Shown piece by piece: positions 25,406 to 38,300 of a DNA stretch of 64,000 nt (position 1 is the first letter of the stretch; each line of letters opens with the position of its first letter). The notes below the pieces were generated by a model. The model had not been told where the DNA came from. It did not search any database and worked only from the letters and a program-made list of their open reading frames with translations. Both the position numbers and the translations under genes were made by a program. Source of the stretch: Marsupella aquatica (Eukaryota > Plantae > Marchantiophyta); assembly GCA_973895155.1 (NCBI GenBank), contig OZ316892.1:7299251-7363250 (forward strand), written 5' to 3'.

Positions 25406-27137
25406 TATTTTACCTTCTAAGCTTTGAAAATTTGTTCTGACCTAAGCCTTGCCTCAGTGACCTTAATTGTTCATACACCGGCCAGGCGCACCACTTCGGT
25501 CCTGTTCAGGGCGGTTTTCAGGTCTCAAGCTAGGGCAATCACTTTAGTTCGATCTTCACTCTCTCTTCATGATTGATTCGAGGAACCTGCACTATTGTTT
25601 GACGCAAACAGGTGCTATTTGTCATCGTTGCAACTCGTCAGTATACTCCTCAAGGTCTGCTGCAAGGTGTAAAGTCAACCACACCACCATTTAGGAGGAC
25701 ATTCTGGCTGCTGGCCGGAAGCTGATTGTGGTATTAAGTTAATTGTAATGCCGTCTGTAGCGCCGTCGATGCTTCAAGTAATTAAGTCTGCATCTGCTTC
25801 TTTAGCCAGCCCTCTTAGATGTGAACTCCATGCCCGACTCCATGATTTTTTAGGCTCTTCGTGATGTTTGCTAGGACAGTTGTCTTCTTGTTCACTAGAA
25901 CTCAATTCCAAGGCAAATGACATCCCAATGAAATAGCAACGTAATCCTTCATGATCAAGTTCCGACATAGGAAGAAGTTTGTACCTCATGGCACTCCGTC
26001 TTTGTTGACGAGCTAGACTTGGGACCTCAAAGATGTCACCTGATTGCCTTCGGATTCCTCTCCTCGTTCTCCTCTTGAGTCCTTAATATTACTCCCACTT
26101 TTATTGCTCCATGCGAGGGACTGCTTAACTTATTATGTGGGACTTGCACGATCTTTCATGCTACAATCCCCTCGACTATACCCAACATGCTAGAGGCAAG
26201 TTCGGTGGGGAACAAGCCCTGCCTATCCGTCCCGACTGGATGCATGGTTCCCCTGCAACTGTCTCCGCTTAAGACTTCCCATAAAAAGCTTAACTTGTTC
26301 CGGTTTACTGTATGTTATCAGGTGAAGGGCCAAAATCAGGAAAAACTATGCTAGGAAATTGCCATCAGGTCTTGAAGTTGATGGTGGAGTTCTCTCCTTT
26401 TGCTACATAATTGGAAAGGAGAGGACCATCAATGTAGCAAAGATGATTGGCATTGTCAATTGAAGGTCAGTGACCTTGGCAGATATATTATATTGTCGTC
26501 TGCTAAATTGGAATATATGCTTTTACTAGCTGGACTTTGAGAAGCGGGTTGAGACGAACCAGTAATTCCAGCCAGGTACAACGAGAGGCAAGGATGAATG
26601 CAAACTAAAGTAGTTGCGAGAAATCACAAAGGGTTTATTCAGATCACTTCAGGACCAGACTACCAACTCAAGAACATATTCAGCAGACAACAGGTTTTAT
26701 TTTTGGCGCGAAGTACATATATATTTACTTAACCGGAAGAGCTCCAGTGAACTTGAAGCTAATCAAAGTCAAGTACAATGTTACAAAGAAGTTCAAACTC
26801 TATCCCATTCTAAACCACTCGATCAACAGGCCTCGAGACTTCCTGAAACTAGCCTCATATAACTTGCTTCAAGTTGTCCTAAGGCTTAGCGAGCGGATAC
26901 AACGGGATCGGCTGAAGTTCCCACACCAACTGGTACATAGAACTCAGACTTTACGGGACTTATTGGTAAAATGCTGGATATAGAAGGCTTGACGCCAGTA
27001 CGTGTGGAGCTGCTTCAATACAATGAATTCCTAACTGCTTCAAGGGCTTCTAAGCGCTAGTGTAAGGCCAACTTTCACCCGGCAACAGACTCCGGATCTG
27101 CCGGCGTTGTGACCTCACATACGTACCACTCGACAAT

Positions 27138-27833
27138 TTAATATTTCGTAAGGGGTGCTGATATATTAGCCACCAGGGCCTCGGAGATGAGGAAGGATTT
27201 GGCAAGGAGTTCCGGATCAATCCCCGTACCAAAAAGCGCTTTTGGCATGTCCTGAATGCCCGGCTTCTGCGAGTTCAGCACGTTTATGGTCACAACTGGC
27301 TTCTTCCCCTTGTTGAGCTGAAAGTGCAGTAGACCCCTTGGAAATATGAACGCCTCCCCAGCCTTCACGATCTTTGCGTACAGCTTGTTGGGAACTGTGG
27401 GATTGTCGCCGCTGGTGACGAAACCAGTGTAGACTTCTCCCTTTAAGCAATACAGAATCTCGGTGGCCAAATGGTGTGTGTGAGGCAAAATGACTCCACC
27501 AGGTTCGATGTCCAGGCGAACCAAGGACAACCCCAGAGTGTTGAGGGCCGGCCACTCATCGACGAAAGCACGCGTCGCCGTTCCTTGCGTGGGCAAGCCA
27601 GTGAGGTTGGCAGCCCTTGCCAGTCCAGCGTAAGCGAAGTCCTCCGCTGTCGCTTGATCGGCAGCTCTACAAGAGTAGCCATTCACGGAAGGACCGGGAG
27701 TTTGCAAATCTGCGATGCAAAAATCTTGAAGTGGGTCTGGATCGGCTTTGGCACCCACAGGACCATTGTCGAACCATGCTGTTGCCAGAGCAACGATAAC
27801 GATGAGCTCCTTGAAATGCACTGTCACTGCCAT
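27138..27833 (-). CDS. Germin-like protein (cupin), secreted, copy 1
   Basis: Signal peptide, DPDPLQDFCIAD, VNGYSC, PALNTLGLS, PHTHHLATE, FPRGLLHFQLN. Start placed at ATG 27833, which is shared with the paralogue. Confidence 0.93.
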   Translation of the reverse strand: MAVTVHFKELIVIVALATAWFDNGPVGAKADPDPLQDFCIADLQTPGPSVNGYSCRAADQATAEDFAYAGLARAANLTGLPTQGTATRAFVDEWPALNTLGLSLVRLDIEPGGVILPHTHHLATEILYCLKGEVYTGFVTSGDNPTVPNKLYAKIVKAGEAFIFPRGLLHFQLNKGKKPVVTINVLNSQKPGIQDMPKALFGTGIDPELLAKSFLISEALVANISAPLTKY

Positions 27834-28282
27834 GATTACGAATTGGATGGCCTTCGTAGCTAGTGCTGCCAACGTCGGAGTAACAATGTAGAGGAGCGAT
27901 CGAACGTCTCGCAAATCCAAATGTGAATACATACTATCTGCAGCGACACGCGCGGTATTTAAACTCAGGGCCTAAACACTATCTCGACTAACTAAGGTCT
28001 ACTTAAATCGTGAACTTTTTTTTGTTCTTTTGTATTTCTTCTCGAGAAGAACGTGACCTCGCTCTTGATCAGGAACACCTGTTGGCTCAGTCAAAGTCAA
28101 CTTGGCTCAGTCTTTTGACTTGACTTTGAGTCTTTGAATTTGCTGAAATTTCGACGAGGTTTCTGGTAGAGCCGTCCGAAGGTAGCACCTCACTACCCTA
28201 TCCTGAAAAGCATGGATAAGATTTGTACACGATAGAGGGTTTCTCCTTTGCTCTTGGCGGCTGGGGCCTGGGGGGTGGGGGG

Positions 28283-28793
28283 CAGTGTTTTTGTTAGTGG
28301 CAAAAACCTCGCTAGATTACACCTCCCCAATAATCGTTTAGCTACTTTTTTGCTAAAGTCACTTTTTGCTAAAGTCACTTTTTGCTAAAATTCACTACTT
28401 TTTGGCTGTATCATTAGCCGGTGTTCCAACTAACCCAGGTCCAGTTAGCCAGAATCTAACTGTCCGCCTTAAATTTAGGGAGATCTGATGGTCAGGAAAA
28501 TAATTGAATACATAATCTTTTGAGCATCTTCTCCTTCAGGTCCCCTTAGCCAATCTAACTGTCCGCCTTAAATCTAGGGAGATCTGACGGTCAGGAAAAT
28601 AATTGAATACATAATCTTTTGAGCATCTTCTCCTTCAGGTCCCCTTAGCCAGAGTCTAACTGTCTGCCTTAAATCTAGAGAGATCTGACGGTCAGGAAAA
28701 ATAATTGAATTCATAATCTTTTGAGCATCTTCTCCTTGACACACTTTACATTCGCCACCTTGGCTAAAAAGTGGATCCTTAGAAAATACACTG
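28283..28793. mobile_element. Non-autonomous element with CAGTG...CACTG termini and internal ~100-bp x3 tandem repeat
   Basis: Absent from the paralogous site (~38320-38335). Related sequence occurs at ~1840-2095 and ~52070-52330. Confidence 0.75.
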
Positions 28794-29062
28794 GGGGCCC
28801 CAAGATTAGTACACGGAAGCGGGCCAAGTCCACGGAAGCGGGCCAACGTCTTGAGTGATGGATGTTCTGAGCATGGCCAATCGCGGGTCAGCCTACATTT
28901 GACTTGAAAAGGATGAACTTACTTTTTCTAATCCGGCCATAAAGTTTGGACGAAGGAATCAAGATTTGTGAATATATATGGAGCACAAACGACTTCAGAA
29001 GACCTGGTATTGACAAACGAGTCCAATCCCGCCTGTATCCATGGGATGAATTATGTTGTAAA

Positions 29063-31865
29063 CTAGCCCTATGCCCGTGCGTTGCACGAAAGATGTCAAG
29101 GTGATAAAAGATGTTGAGGTGATAAAAAGATGTTGAATGATAAAAAAATGTTGAGGTGATAAAAAGATGTCGCGTGATAAGTCATCTCAAAGTGATAAAA
29201 AGATGTCGAGGTGATAAAAAGATGTTGAGGTGATAAAATATGTTGAGTGATAAGTGGATGTCGAAGTGATAAAAAGATGTCGAGTGATAAAAATATGTTG
29301 AGGTGATAAAAAGATGTCAAGTGATAAGCGAATGTCGAAGTGATAAAAAGATGTCGAGCTGATAAAAGGGTGTCAAGTGATAAAAAGGTGTTGAGTGATA
29401 AGCAGATGTCGAAGTGATAAAAAGATGTTGAGGTGATAAAAAGATGTTGAGGTGATAAAAAGATGTTCAACAAAGAAGAAAATGTTGAGATGAGCAAAGG
29501 ATGTTTAAGTGAGGCACAAATGTCAATATGATAATGGGATATGGCAAACATCATGAAGATGAAGATTTCAAGGAGAGAAAACTATGCCAAGGTGAACAAA
29601 AGATGCCACGATGAGCAAAAAATGTCAAGGCAAAAGAAGACAAAAATGTCGAGGCATGTTTAAATGTACATTGCATTGAGGCAAAGATTTGGGGTGATGT
29701 GAACATTTTGACTCGAGGCAAAGAAATGCAAAAAGATGCAAGTGAGTCAAAGAAATGTAGATAATGCAAATTAATGTAAGCAAGGCAAAAAAGTTGTTTA
29801 AACATCTCATATGTTGTTACGACCATCTCGTCATTATGATGATGCAGTCACTTTGGCCATGAGGGTGTTGTGGCTATGTTGGTCTTGCGGCCATGTTGTT
29901 GCCAAGCCCAATGCCAACGCATTGCAAAGATACATTTAGGTAAGGTAAAGAACTATTGATTAAAAGCTGAGGTTTTTAGGTGGATCAAACTAAAATATTG
30001 GATTTCCATAATTCTTTCTTGCCCATTTCATGTGAAAAGTGTTGTCAATGCAGAGACCTTGTTCAAAATAGCACATGAAATTATGTAATCAAGTAATGTA
30101 ATTCAAGTCAACACAAAAATATGGGATAAGGTGCAAATGGGTAATGAGAGTACATGGGCAAGAGTTGGGCAAGAAATCCTTATTGTTAATGATACAAAAG
30201 ATGGAACAAAAGACTGGACAAAAGATGCAAATGGGGGCAAAGAGTTGGGCTCCAGACTTGGAAAAGAATTAGGGCAAAAGCAAGACTAATAGAGATGAGG
30301 GGGCATGTCAAGCATACATGTCTTGTGGAGAAAAGATGTTGGGAGCTTGATCTTCTTGGTCTTCATTAGATGCATTTTTTGAAAAGATTTTCAATGAGAA
30401 TGTTGGAGGTATAGATGGAATAACAAATTTGGGACCGATTTTGTATAAAACATAAAACAAAAAATAAAAATATAATCAAAACATGTAAAAAACAGTTGAC
30501 TTTGCTTTTGCATTTTTATTTTATTTTGGAAGAAGATGTTGTTTTGTTGTGAAAACTATATTGTTGGGGAGAGCAAGGATGTGGGAGGGTGAGAGTGAGT
30601 GCAAGAGAGATGATGGCCCCGGGTGCTTTGATACTATTGGGAGGGGAATATTTTATTTTTTTCTCTCCCCCTTTTTCCTATTTTCACACTCCTATGCAAC
30701 ACCATCACTCCCTTTTTTCTTACATTGGCTCCATTAAATAAACAGAAAAATATACAACTAAATACATAGAAGAAAAAGAAGGAGAAAATTAACCCATTCT
30801 CCTTCCTTCTAGAGTCTCATAGGCTCTGCAAAAATCCAAAATTTTTCATGCCCCAAAAGATTCTTCTTCCATTCGTGTGTACTTTCATTCGTGAAAAAAG
30901 AAAACACATTTAAGAATTTTAGAATTTCTTTAGTTGTTTAATGAACTTAACATTGATAGATTTAGTTGAGTTCTGAGGAGATTATAAGTTTCCAATGTTC
31001 TCTAGCTTTCCAATGAGTGTCACATTGGGAGATTTTATCAAGTACTAAAGTGTTCATGAAATTTGAAATTTCTCTAGCTTTCGATCCATTCTGAATTCCA
31101 CAATTGGAAATTTGTTTCCATGAAACTTTTTGTCAAACAATTATGCAAGGTTAGTGATTTGATGACACCAATGACTTCTCTCTCTTTGTCTATTTGCATG
31201 TAGGAATTGAAAAGTGATTACTTTCGATGCAACCTAAATGCATCCAACATCCCTTCGATAAAGTGGAGGAAACTGTCAAACACCATTTTGCTGAAGTGGG
31301 CAATTAAACTGTCCACACATTAAAAAGTAGTTCACATTGCAGCTGGATTGCAGTTTGTTTTGTGATTGATGTTAATTATGGTTGTCTTGGTAAGTTTGGC
31401 AATTGTTTCAAGTGTCAAACATTGACTTGTCCATTTTTGAATTTTTTTTCTCTAGATTTGGAGGTCCATCTAGGCTTCAGTTTCTAGATAACTGCCTCTA
31501 AAATAAAATGGGGGTCCACAGATTAATTTAGTTTGATCCACCTAAAAACCCCAGCTTTTAATTAACAGTTCTTTACCCTACCTCAATCATGTATCCATGC
31601 AATGCGTTGGCATCGGGCTTGGCAACAACATGGCTGCAAGACTAGCATAGCCACAACACCCTCATGGCCAGAGTGACTGCATCGTCTTTGCTCACCTTGA
31701 CATCTTTTTTCTCTCTTTGACAACTTTTATCACTTGGACATCTTTTGCTTACCTATATAGTTTTCTCTCCTCAACATCTTTTGTTCACTTTGACATCATT
31801 TATCTCCTCGACATCTTTTGTCACCTCGACATCTTTCATGCAATGCACGGGCATTATTCGAGTTC
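29063..31865. mobile_element. Helitron-derived region with two outward-facing 3' ends and ~20-bp minisatellite
   Basis: The minus strand ends CGTGCAACGCACGGGCATAGGGCTAG|T at 29063. The plus strand has CATGCAATGCACGGGCATTATTCGAG at ~31838-31862. (GATGTTGAGGTGATAAAAA)n runs ~29090-29470, and ~29840-29995 is inverted at ~31525-31685. Confidence 0.75.
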
Positions 31866-31869
31866 TTGT

Positions 31870-32010
31870 TGGAAAACATGCACGGACCCTTACATCAATC
31901 CCACGGATTCCATTGACACATGACAAATCACTTCCTTCTTTATTACGTAGGGTCCAATTTCCCATTTGAGTGGCATATGCAATGACCATAAACAAAGCTC
32001 AAGGTCAGAC
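31870..32010 (+). pseudogene. Helitron RepHel/PIF1 helicase fragment
   Basis: GKHARTLTSIPRIPL..LPSLLRRVQFPI*VAYAMTINKAQGQT matches the PIF1-family motif QFPxxLAFAMTINKSQGQT; contains an in-frame stop. Confidence 0.85.
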
Positions 32011-32109
32011 ATGCAATACCGTCTCCACCAGAGAGGGAAGACAGGGAAGTGTCCCCCTCAACAGGTCACCCCGGAAATCATTCTCGGGGAAAGAATTGGA
32101 AGGAGCCGG

Positions 32110-32390
32110 CCTCAGTATCCGGCTTACCCGTGGCCAAATTGACCATGCATTGGATGGGGGAAAATGTCCACAAAAAATTCTCCACCCAAAGCATGTGCGT
32201 TACCTGAACACCCAAGGGTTTGAGCACCTCTCCGCCCTCCCCTAGAACACTTGCAGGTATTACGAGCAAGACATGATGGAGTTCATCCACAACTTTGACG
32301 AAGCCTGCCAAGAAACTTGTGCGCAAGGACAAGTGATGTCCTTGAACGAGGCACGACTTAAGCTCATCTTTGGTCTACCTGAGGGAAAGA
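32110..32390 (+). pseudogene. Fragment resembling a plant LTR-retrotransposon accessory ORF
   Basis: YEQDMMEFIHNFDE..QGQVMSLNEARLKLIFGLPEG resembles the EF..N..G..I.L....L..L.GLP pattern; interrupted by a stop. Confidence 0.4.
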
Positions 32391-33685
32391 AAAAATTTTG
32401 AACTTTTTTTCCATTGTTTAATTTAAATAATCTAAATGTAAATGAATTAAATTTAATAATTTAATGACTAAATAATTTATTTTAAATGGAATGTATGGAT
32501 AGATTTGATGAATGGTCATGATGGATTTTTGTTTTTCCTTCTTGCTTGATAAACTGTCCATATCAAACCTAGTTCACTTAGTTGTGGCTTAGTTATTCCT
32601 TCCACTTTTCAGGTTTTCATTTTTTTCACTCAAAATAGCATTGAATGACAACCTCGATGACAACCTCTGCATTTTTTGGAGCAACCTTGTATTTAAACTT
32701 TTGATGGGAAGATTTGACACACCCAATAAAATATTAGTATTGTGTTCAATTGTATTTAAAATTGAATTAAATGAAATAATAGGACTTCATTGTAAAATTA
32801 CCACCCCATTCGGACTGCACTTATCCTCATACCCAAACCCTCGTAGTGCAAGATTGAAGGTTGGAGTACGTACCAGGTGGTCACACTAACTAAGATTGAA
32901 CAAACTGTCTCCCTACCATATGGCATGCTCATTCTGGAACATGCTTCATTTTTTTGGTTTTTAGTGATATACAGATGTTCTAATTAAAATATAAACAGGA
33001 CATTGACTAGGAATAGTACAGTCTATGATATTGAAACTTGTGCACATAAGGTACAAAAATAAAAATACACATGTAAAGAAAAATAATAATGAATTTAAGT
33101 TTATGGTATTAGGATGTGCCCATAATGTACATGAGTAAATACTTATGTACTTACTTTAGGTAATGACACTCAAAATAATTAAAACCATAAATTTATGACA
33201 CACAACCATGAGTAGTACTTAAACACATAAAGTGTGCACATTATTTAGATCATTTCTTCTGTACTCATGAAAATAAGGGCTAGAAATTCAACGAGCTTTG
33301 TTATAGGGTGGATGATTTTAAAATATAGCAAAGATTTTTAAAAATGAGAGGGGTGCCAGAATAAATTGGAAATCTAAAATGTACAAGGGACGCACCTTGG
33401 TAAGACACATTGAAATAAAAACGCATAACAAAAGAAGTTTGACTAAGACAAAATACTGAAAGTTGCATTCACCATATAGCAGCTTACATAAAATATCCTA
33501 TCACTGTCTCCCCACCAACCAGAATATCGTATCACTAATACCCTACCGTCACATACATACCAATTGCAAATTTTGAGATCCCACTACTTGATCGACCTCA
33601 CTTCATTTTTCATGTAGTCATGCAGTCGTGTTTAATAAATGATCCTGTTCTACTAGCTAATTCCCTCCTGGCTACTTAATCTCTC

Positions 33686-33900
33686 TTAAGCCACAACTGC
33701 TCCTATAAAGGGCTATGAGTTACCTGTAGCTCTCATTGTAAAGTATAGAGGTTCAGAAATGGGCTTTGAGCTCTACAAAAAGTGGTGAATGCAAAACCTT
33801 TTATTGGCAAGTGCTCTACAAAAGTTGCTTAGTGTTCCACCTTTTTATGGTGAATAGTGAGACATGGAATGGGGCTTTTATAGTGGCAGGTGTGGTTTAA
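33686..33900. mobile_element. TTAA-bounded MITE (second copy at 49952-50134)
   Basis: TTAAGCCACAACTGCTCCTATAAAGGGC at the left and GGGGCTTTTATAGTGGCAGGTGTGGTTTAA at the right form imperfect TIRs. Confidence 0.7.
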
Positions 33901-35327
33901 CAATCCCATAAGACTTCTCTAGTGGCTTTTGACGTGCATACCAAGCCCCTGATTTGCCAAGCTAGCCCTGTCCAACGTACTCTATACTCACAGTGAATAC
34001 AGCCGGGAATACAACTTCTCCAAGTGAGCCCCAAAGCCCATCAGGACCTCAATGTTTGGTTACTTTCTTCATTGACCTCCTTCCAATGTGACAATATTAA
34101 GCTTAACAAGCTCTCAGATCTGCACAGAATATATACTTACTTCGAACCTCTCCTACTAACCCAAAGATAACAGAATTACCACTCTCCAGCTGCAGAGCGA
34201 GCTGGTCCCTCGATCGCTCGCCTGCACTACAACACTACTATTGCCTTACAAATAACAATATATTCTACAAGCCTGCAACCCCTCTCAAAGCAAGATTGAG
34301 AGTACGTTTTTCTACATCATATACACAAAGTACTGTACTGGCATGTGAATGAGTTGAGAGGGATCTCATAGAGTAGTATGTTACTATTTTGTGGAAGACC
34401 ATATTGTGGAAGCCGGACTGCTCGAATCACTTTTGGGAATCACTTCACATGAAATAGACTTCCGGGTCCATGTTCCAACACTCCCCTGCCTGAATGTCGA
34501 ACAGCCACGCTCTCTGTGGACATTGAAGACAAAGTCCCGAGGCCTTTTCCATTGGAACAGGGTAACAATTGCACATGACCCCAAGAGTATTCCATCAGTT
34601 GAGATGGGGTGGCCTGGGGAGAATTGGGACTGCCATGGTCTGGAGCACATTGAAGAGGAAGTTGGTGTGGCGCATAGCTTGGTAAGAGGGGTCCCACAAA
34701 GATACCATACTTGAATGCATCGTCAGTAGGAAGCGCCCTGAGACATTGCTGAAAGATAAGTCCAGACATTTCTGATAATTTGAAGTTCTGATGATCGATC
34801 AACGAGCTGGCTAGCTATTACATGTACTAGTGTGAATATATCTCCAGAGTCTGCACACTAATCACTCGAGAAATTCACTTAATTTCCATTTCGATAATAC
34901 AGATATGGCTTTGAACTAGATTTGAAGCGAGTCTCAAGCTAGAGACAGGGGTATTGGAGATCGCTTAGTTGCTTGCAAATATACTGAAATGAATAAAACC
35001 ACAACCATAACAAAGCGAGAGATTAGTATAATTATGTTGATAAATAATGGCGAAATCTGTACTAGACTAGTTCACCAAGAAGGCTTCAATTCCTTTGCAC
35101 ATTAATCACAACATCAATATATTGTAAACGTGTCTGTATTAACACCTGACGCATTTCAAAATCTGGGTTTCAAACTCACTAACTTAAAGTGTCCCAGGAA
35201 TCCAAATGGTCTCAGTTAAGTGTAGAGCAGTAGGATCATGCTAAACCCCAAAATTCCAAGAATCTCAAAGGAGAATTAAGGGAGTAAAGACCTCACAATC
35301 ATATTTCTCTCTAGACAAGTTTTGTCC

Positions 35328-38300
35328 GCCTTGCCTCACTGACCTTGATCATAGACCAGGCACACCACTTCCGTCCTGTTCAGGGCGGTATTCAGGTCTC
35401 AAGCTAGGGCAATCACTTTAGTTCGATCTTCACTCTCTCTTCATGATCGATTCGAGGAACCTGCACTATTGCATGACGCAAACAGCTGTTATTTCTCATC
35501 GTTGCAACTCGACAGTATACTGCGCAAGATCTGCCATTGCAAGGTGCAGTGTCAACCACACCACCATTTAGGAGGACATTCTGGCTCCTGGCCGGAAGCT
35601 GAGTGAGGTACTAAGTTCATTGTAATGCCGTCTGTAACGCCGTCGATGATTCAAGTAAGTCTGCATCTCCTTCTTTAGCCAGCCCTCTTAGATGTGAACT
35701 CCGTGAATTTTTAATTAAGCTCTTCTTGATGTTTGCTAGGACAGTTGTCTTCTTGTTCGCTAGAACTCAATTCCAAGGCAAATGACATCCCAATGAAATA
35801 GCAACGTAATCCTTCATGATCAAGGTCCGACATAGGACGAAGTTTGTACCTCATGGCACTCCGTCTTTGTTGACGAGCTAGACTTGGGACCTCAAAGATG
35901 TCACCTGATTGCTTCAGATTCCTCTCCTCGTTCTCCTCTTGAGTTTCCTTAATATCCCTCCCTCTTTTATTGCTCCATGTGAGGGACTGCTTAAGTTATG
36001 ATGTGGGACTTGCACGATCTTTCATGCTACAATCCCCTCGGCTATACCCAACATGCTAGAGGCAAGTTCGGTGGGGAACAAGCCCTGCCTATATATCCAT
36101 CCCGACTGGATGCATGGTTCCCCTGCAACTGTCTCCGCTTAAGACTTCCCATATTAAGCTTAACTTGTTCCGGTTTGCTGTATGGTATGAGGTGAAGGGC
36201 CAAAATCAGGAAAAACTATGCTAGGAAATTGCCATCAGGTCTTGAAGTTGATGGTGGAGTTCAATTCTCTCCTTTTGCTACACAATTGGAAAGGAGAGGA
36301 CCATCAATGTAGCAAAGATGATTGGCATTGTCAATTCAAGGTCAGTGACCTTGGCAGATGTTATATTACCGCCTGCTAAATTGGAATATATCCTTTTACT
36401 AGCTGGACTTTGAGAAGCGGGTTGAGACGAACCAGTAATTCCAGCCAGGTACAACGAGAGGCAAGGATGAATGCAAACTAAAGTAGTTGCGAATAATCAC
36501 AAAGGGTTTATTCAGATCACATCAGGACCAGACTACCAACTCAAGAACATATCGAGCAGACAACAGGTTTTATTTTTGGCGCGAAGTACATATATATTTA
36601 CTTAACCGGAAGAGCTCCAGTGAACTTGAAGCTAATCAAAGTCAAGTACAATGTTACAAAGAAGTTCAAACTCTATCCCATTCTAAACCATTCGGTCAAC
36701 AGGCCTCGAGACTTCCTGAAACTAGCTTCATATAACTTGCTTCAAGTTGTTCCAAGTCCTAGCGAGCGGATACACCGGGCTCGGTTGAAGTTCCCACACC
36801 AACTGGTACATCAAACTCAGACTTTACGGGACTTATTGGTAAAATGCTGGATATATAAGGCTTGACGCCAGTGTGGAGCTGCTTCAATACAATGAATTAC
36901 TAACAGCTTCAAGGGCTTCTTAGCGCTAGTGTAAGGCCTTTCACCCGGCAACAGACTCCGGATCTGCCGGCGTTGTGACCTCACATACGTAGCACTTCAC
37001 AATTTAACCGAAATTCGCGAAGGGTGCTGATATATTAGCCACCAGGGCCTCGGAGATGAAGAAGGATTTGGCAAGGAGTTCCGGATCAATCCCCACACCA
37101 AAAAGCGCTTTTGGCATGAGCTGAATGCCCGGCTTCTGCGAGTTCAGCACGTTTATGGTCACGGCTGGCTTCGTCCCCTTGTTGAGCTGAAAGTGCAGCA
37201 GACCCCTTGGAAATATGAACGCCTCCCCAGCCTTCACGATCTTTGCGTACAGCTTGTTGGGAACTGTGGGATTGTCGCCGTTAGTGACGAAACCAGTGTA
37301 GACTTCTCCCTCTAAGCAATACAGAATCTCGGTGGCCAAATGGTGTGTGTGAGGCAAAATGACTCCACCAGGGTTGATGTCCAGGCGAACCAAGGACAAC
37401 CCCAGAGTGTTGAGGGCCGGCCACTCATCGACGAAAGCAAGCGTGGCCATTCCTTGCGTGGGAAAGCCAGTGAGGTTGGCAGCCGTTGCCAGTCCAGCGT
37501 AAGCGAAGTCCTCCGCTGTCACTTGATCGGCAGCTCTACAAGAGTAGCCATTCACGGAAGGACCGGGAGCTTGCAAATCTGCGATGCAAAAATCTTGAAG
37601 TGGGTCTGGATCGGCTTTGGCACCCACAGGGCCATTGTCGAACCAGGCTGTTGCCAGAGCAACAAAAACGATGAGCACCTTGAAATGCACTCTCACTGCC
37701 ATGATCACGAATTGGATGGTCTTCGTAGCTAGTGCTGCCAACGTCGGAGTAACAATCTAGAGGAGCGATCGAACGTCTCGCAAATGCAAATGTGAATACA
37801 TACTATCTGCAGCGACACGCGCAGTATTTAAACTCAGGGGCCAACCACTATCTCGGCAATGCCTTCTCCGGATCCGATCTAGAAAACCGATCTGCACCAA
37901 GCCGACCTTGCCATATAAGACGACTGTATCCTGGATCATCCGCCCTATGTGAAGACTGTGGAACGCTATTATTCCTACTAAAAGCTCAGCGTTTTTTGTA
38001 GTTAGCTTTGCAGTGGCAAAGGTCTACTCAAATCGTGGACTTTATTTTTGTTCTTTTGTTTTTTTCTGGACAAGAACCTGATCTCGCTCTTGATCAGGAA
38101 AACCTGAACGGTTTCACAGGACATGCAGCTTTCTGTTAAGCACGATTGAGCCAACTCGACTTTGAGTCTTGGAGTTTGCTGACAAATTTGAACGAGGTTT
38201 CTGGTAGAGCCGTGCGACTGTAGCACCTCGATCACTACCCTATCCTGAAAAGCATGGACAAGATTTGTACACGATAGTAAGAGGGTTTCTCCCTTTGCTC

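Larger units (their letters stand above)
25448..29062. repeat. Segmental tandem duplication, copy 1 (pairs with ~35328-38621), containing a germin gene
   Basis: Long colinear near-identity, e.g. 26581-27130 vs 36451-36995. Confidence 0.95.

Noticed and set aside
25900-26500. Possible degraded F-box pseudogene in the duplicated block (EVCTSWHSVF)
   Set aside because: Similarity is too short and fragmented to support a call.
29096-29554. 152-aa ORF (and similar ORFs at 56132-56600)
   Set aside because: These are translations of the Helitron minisatellite.
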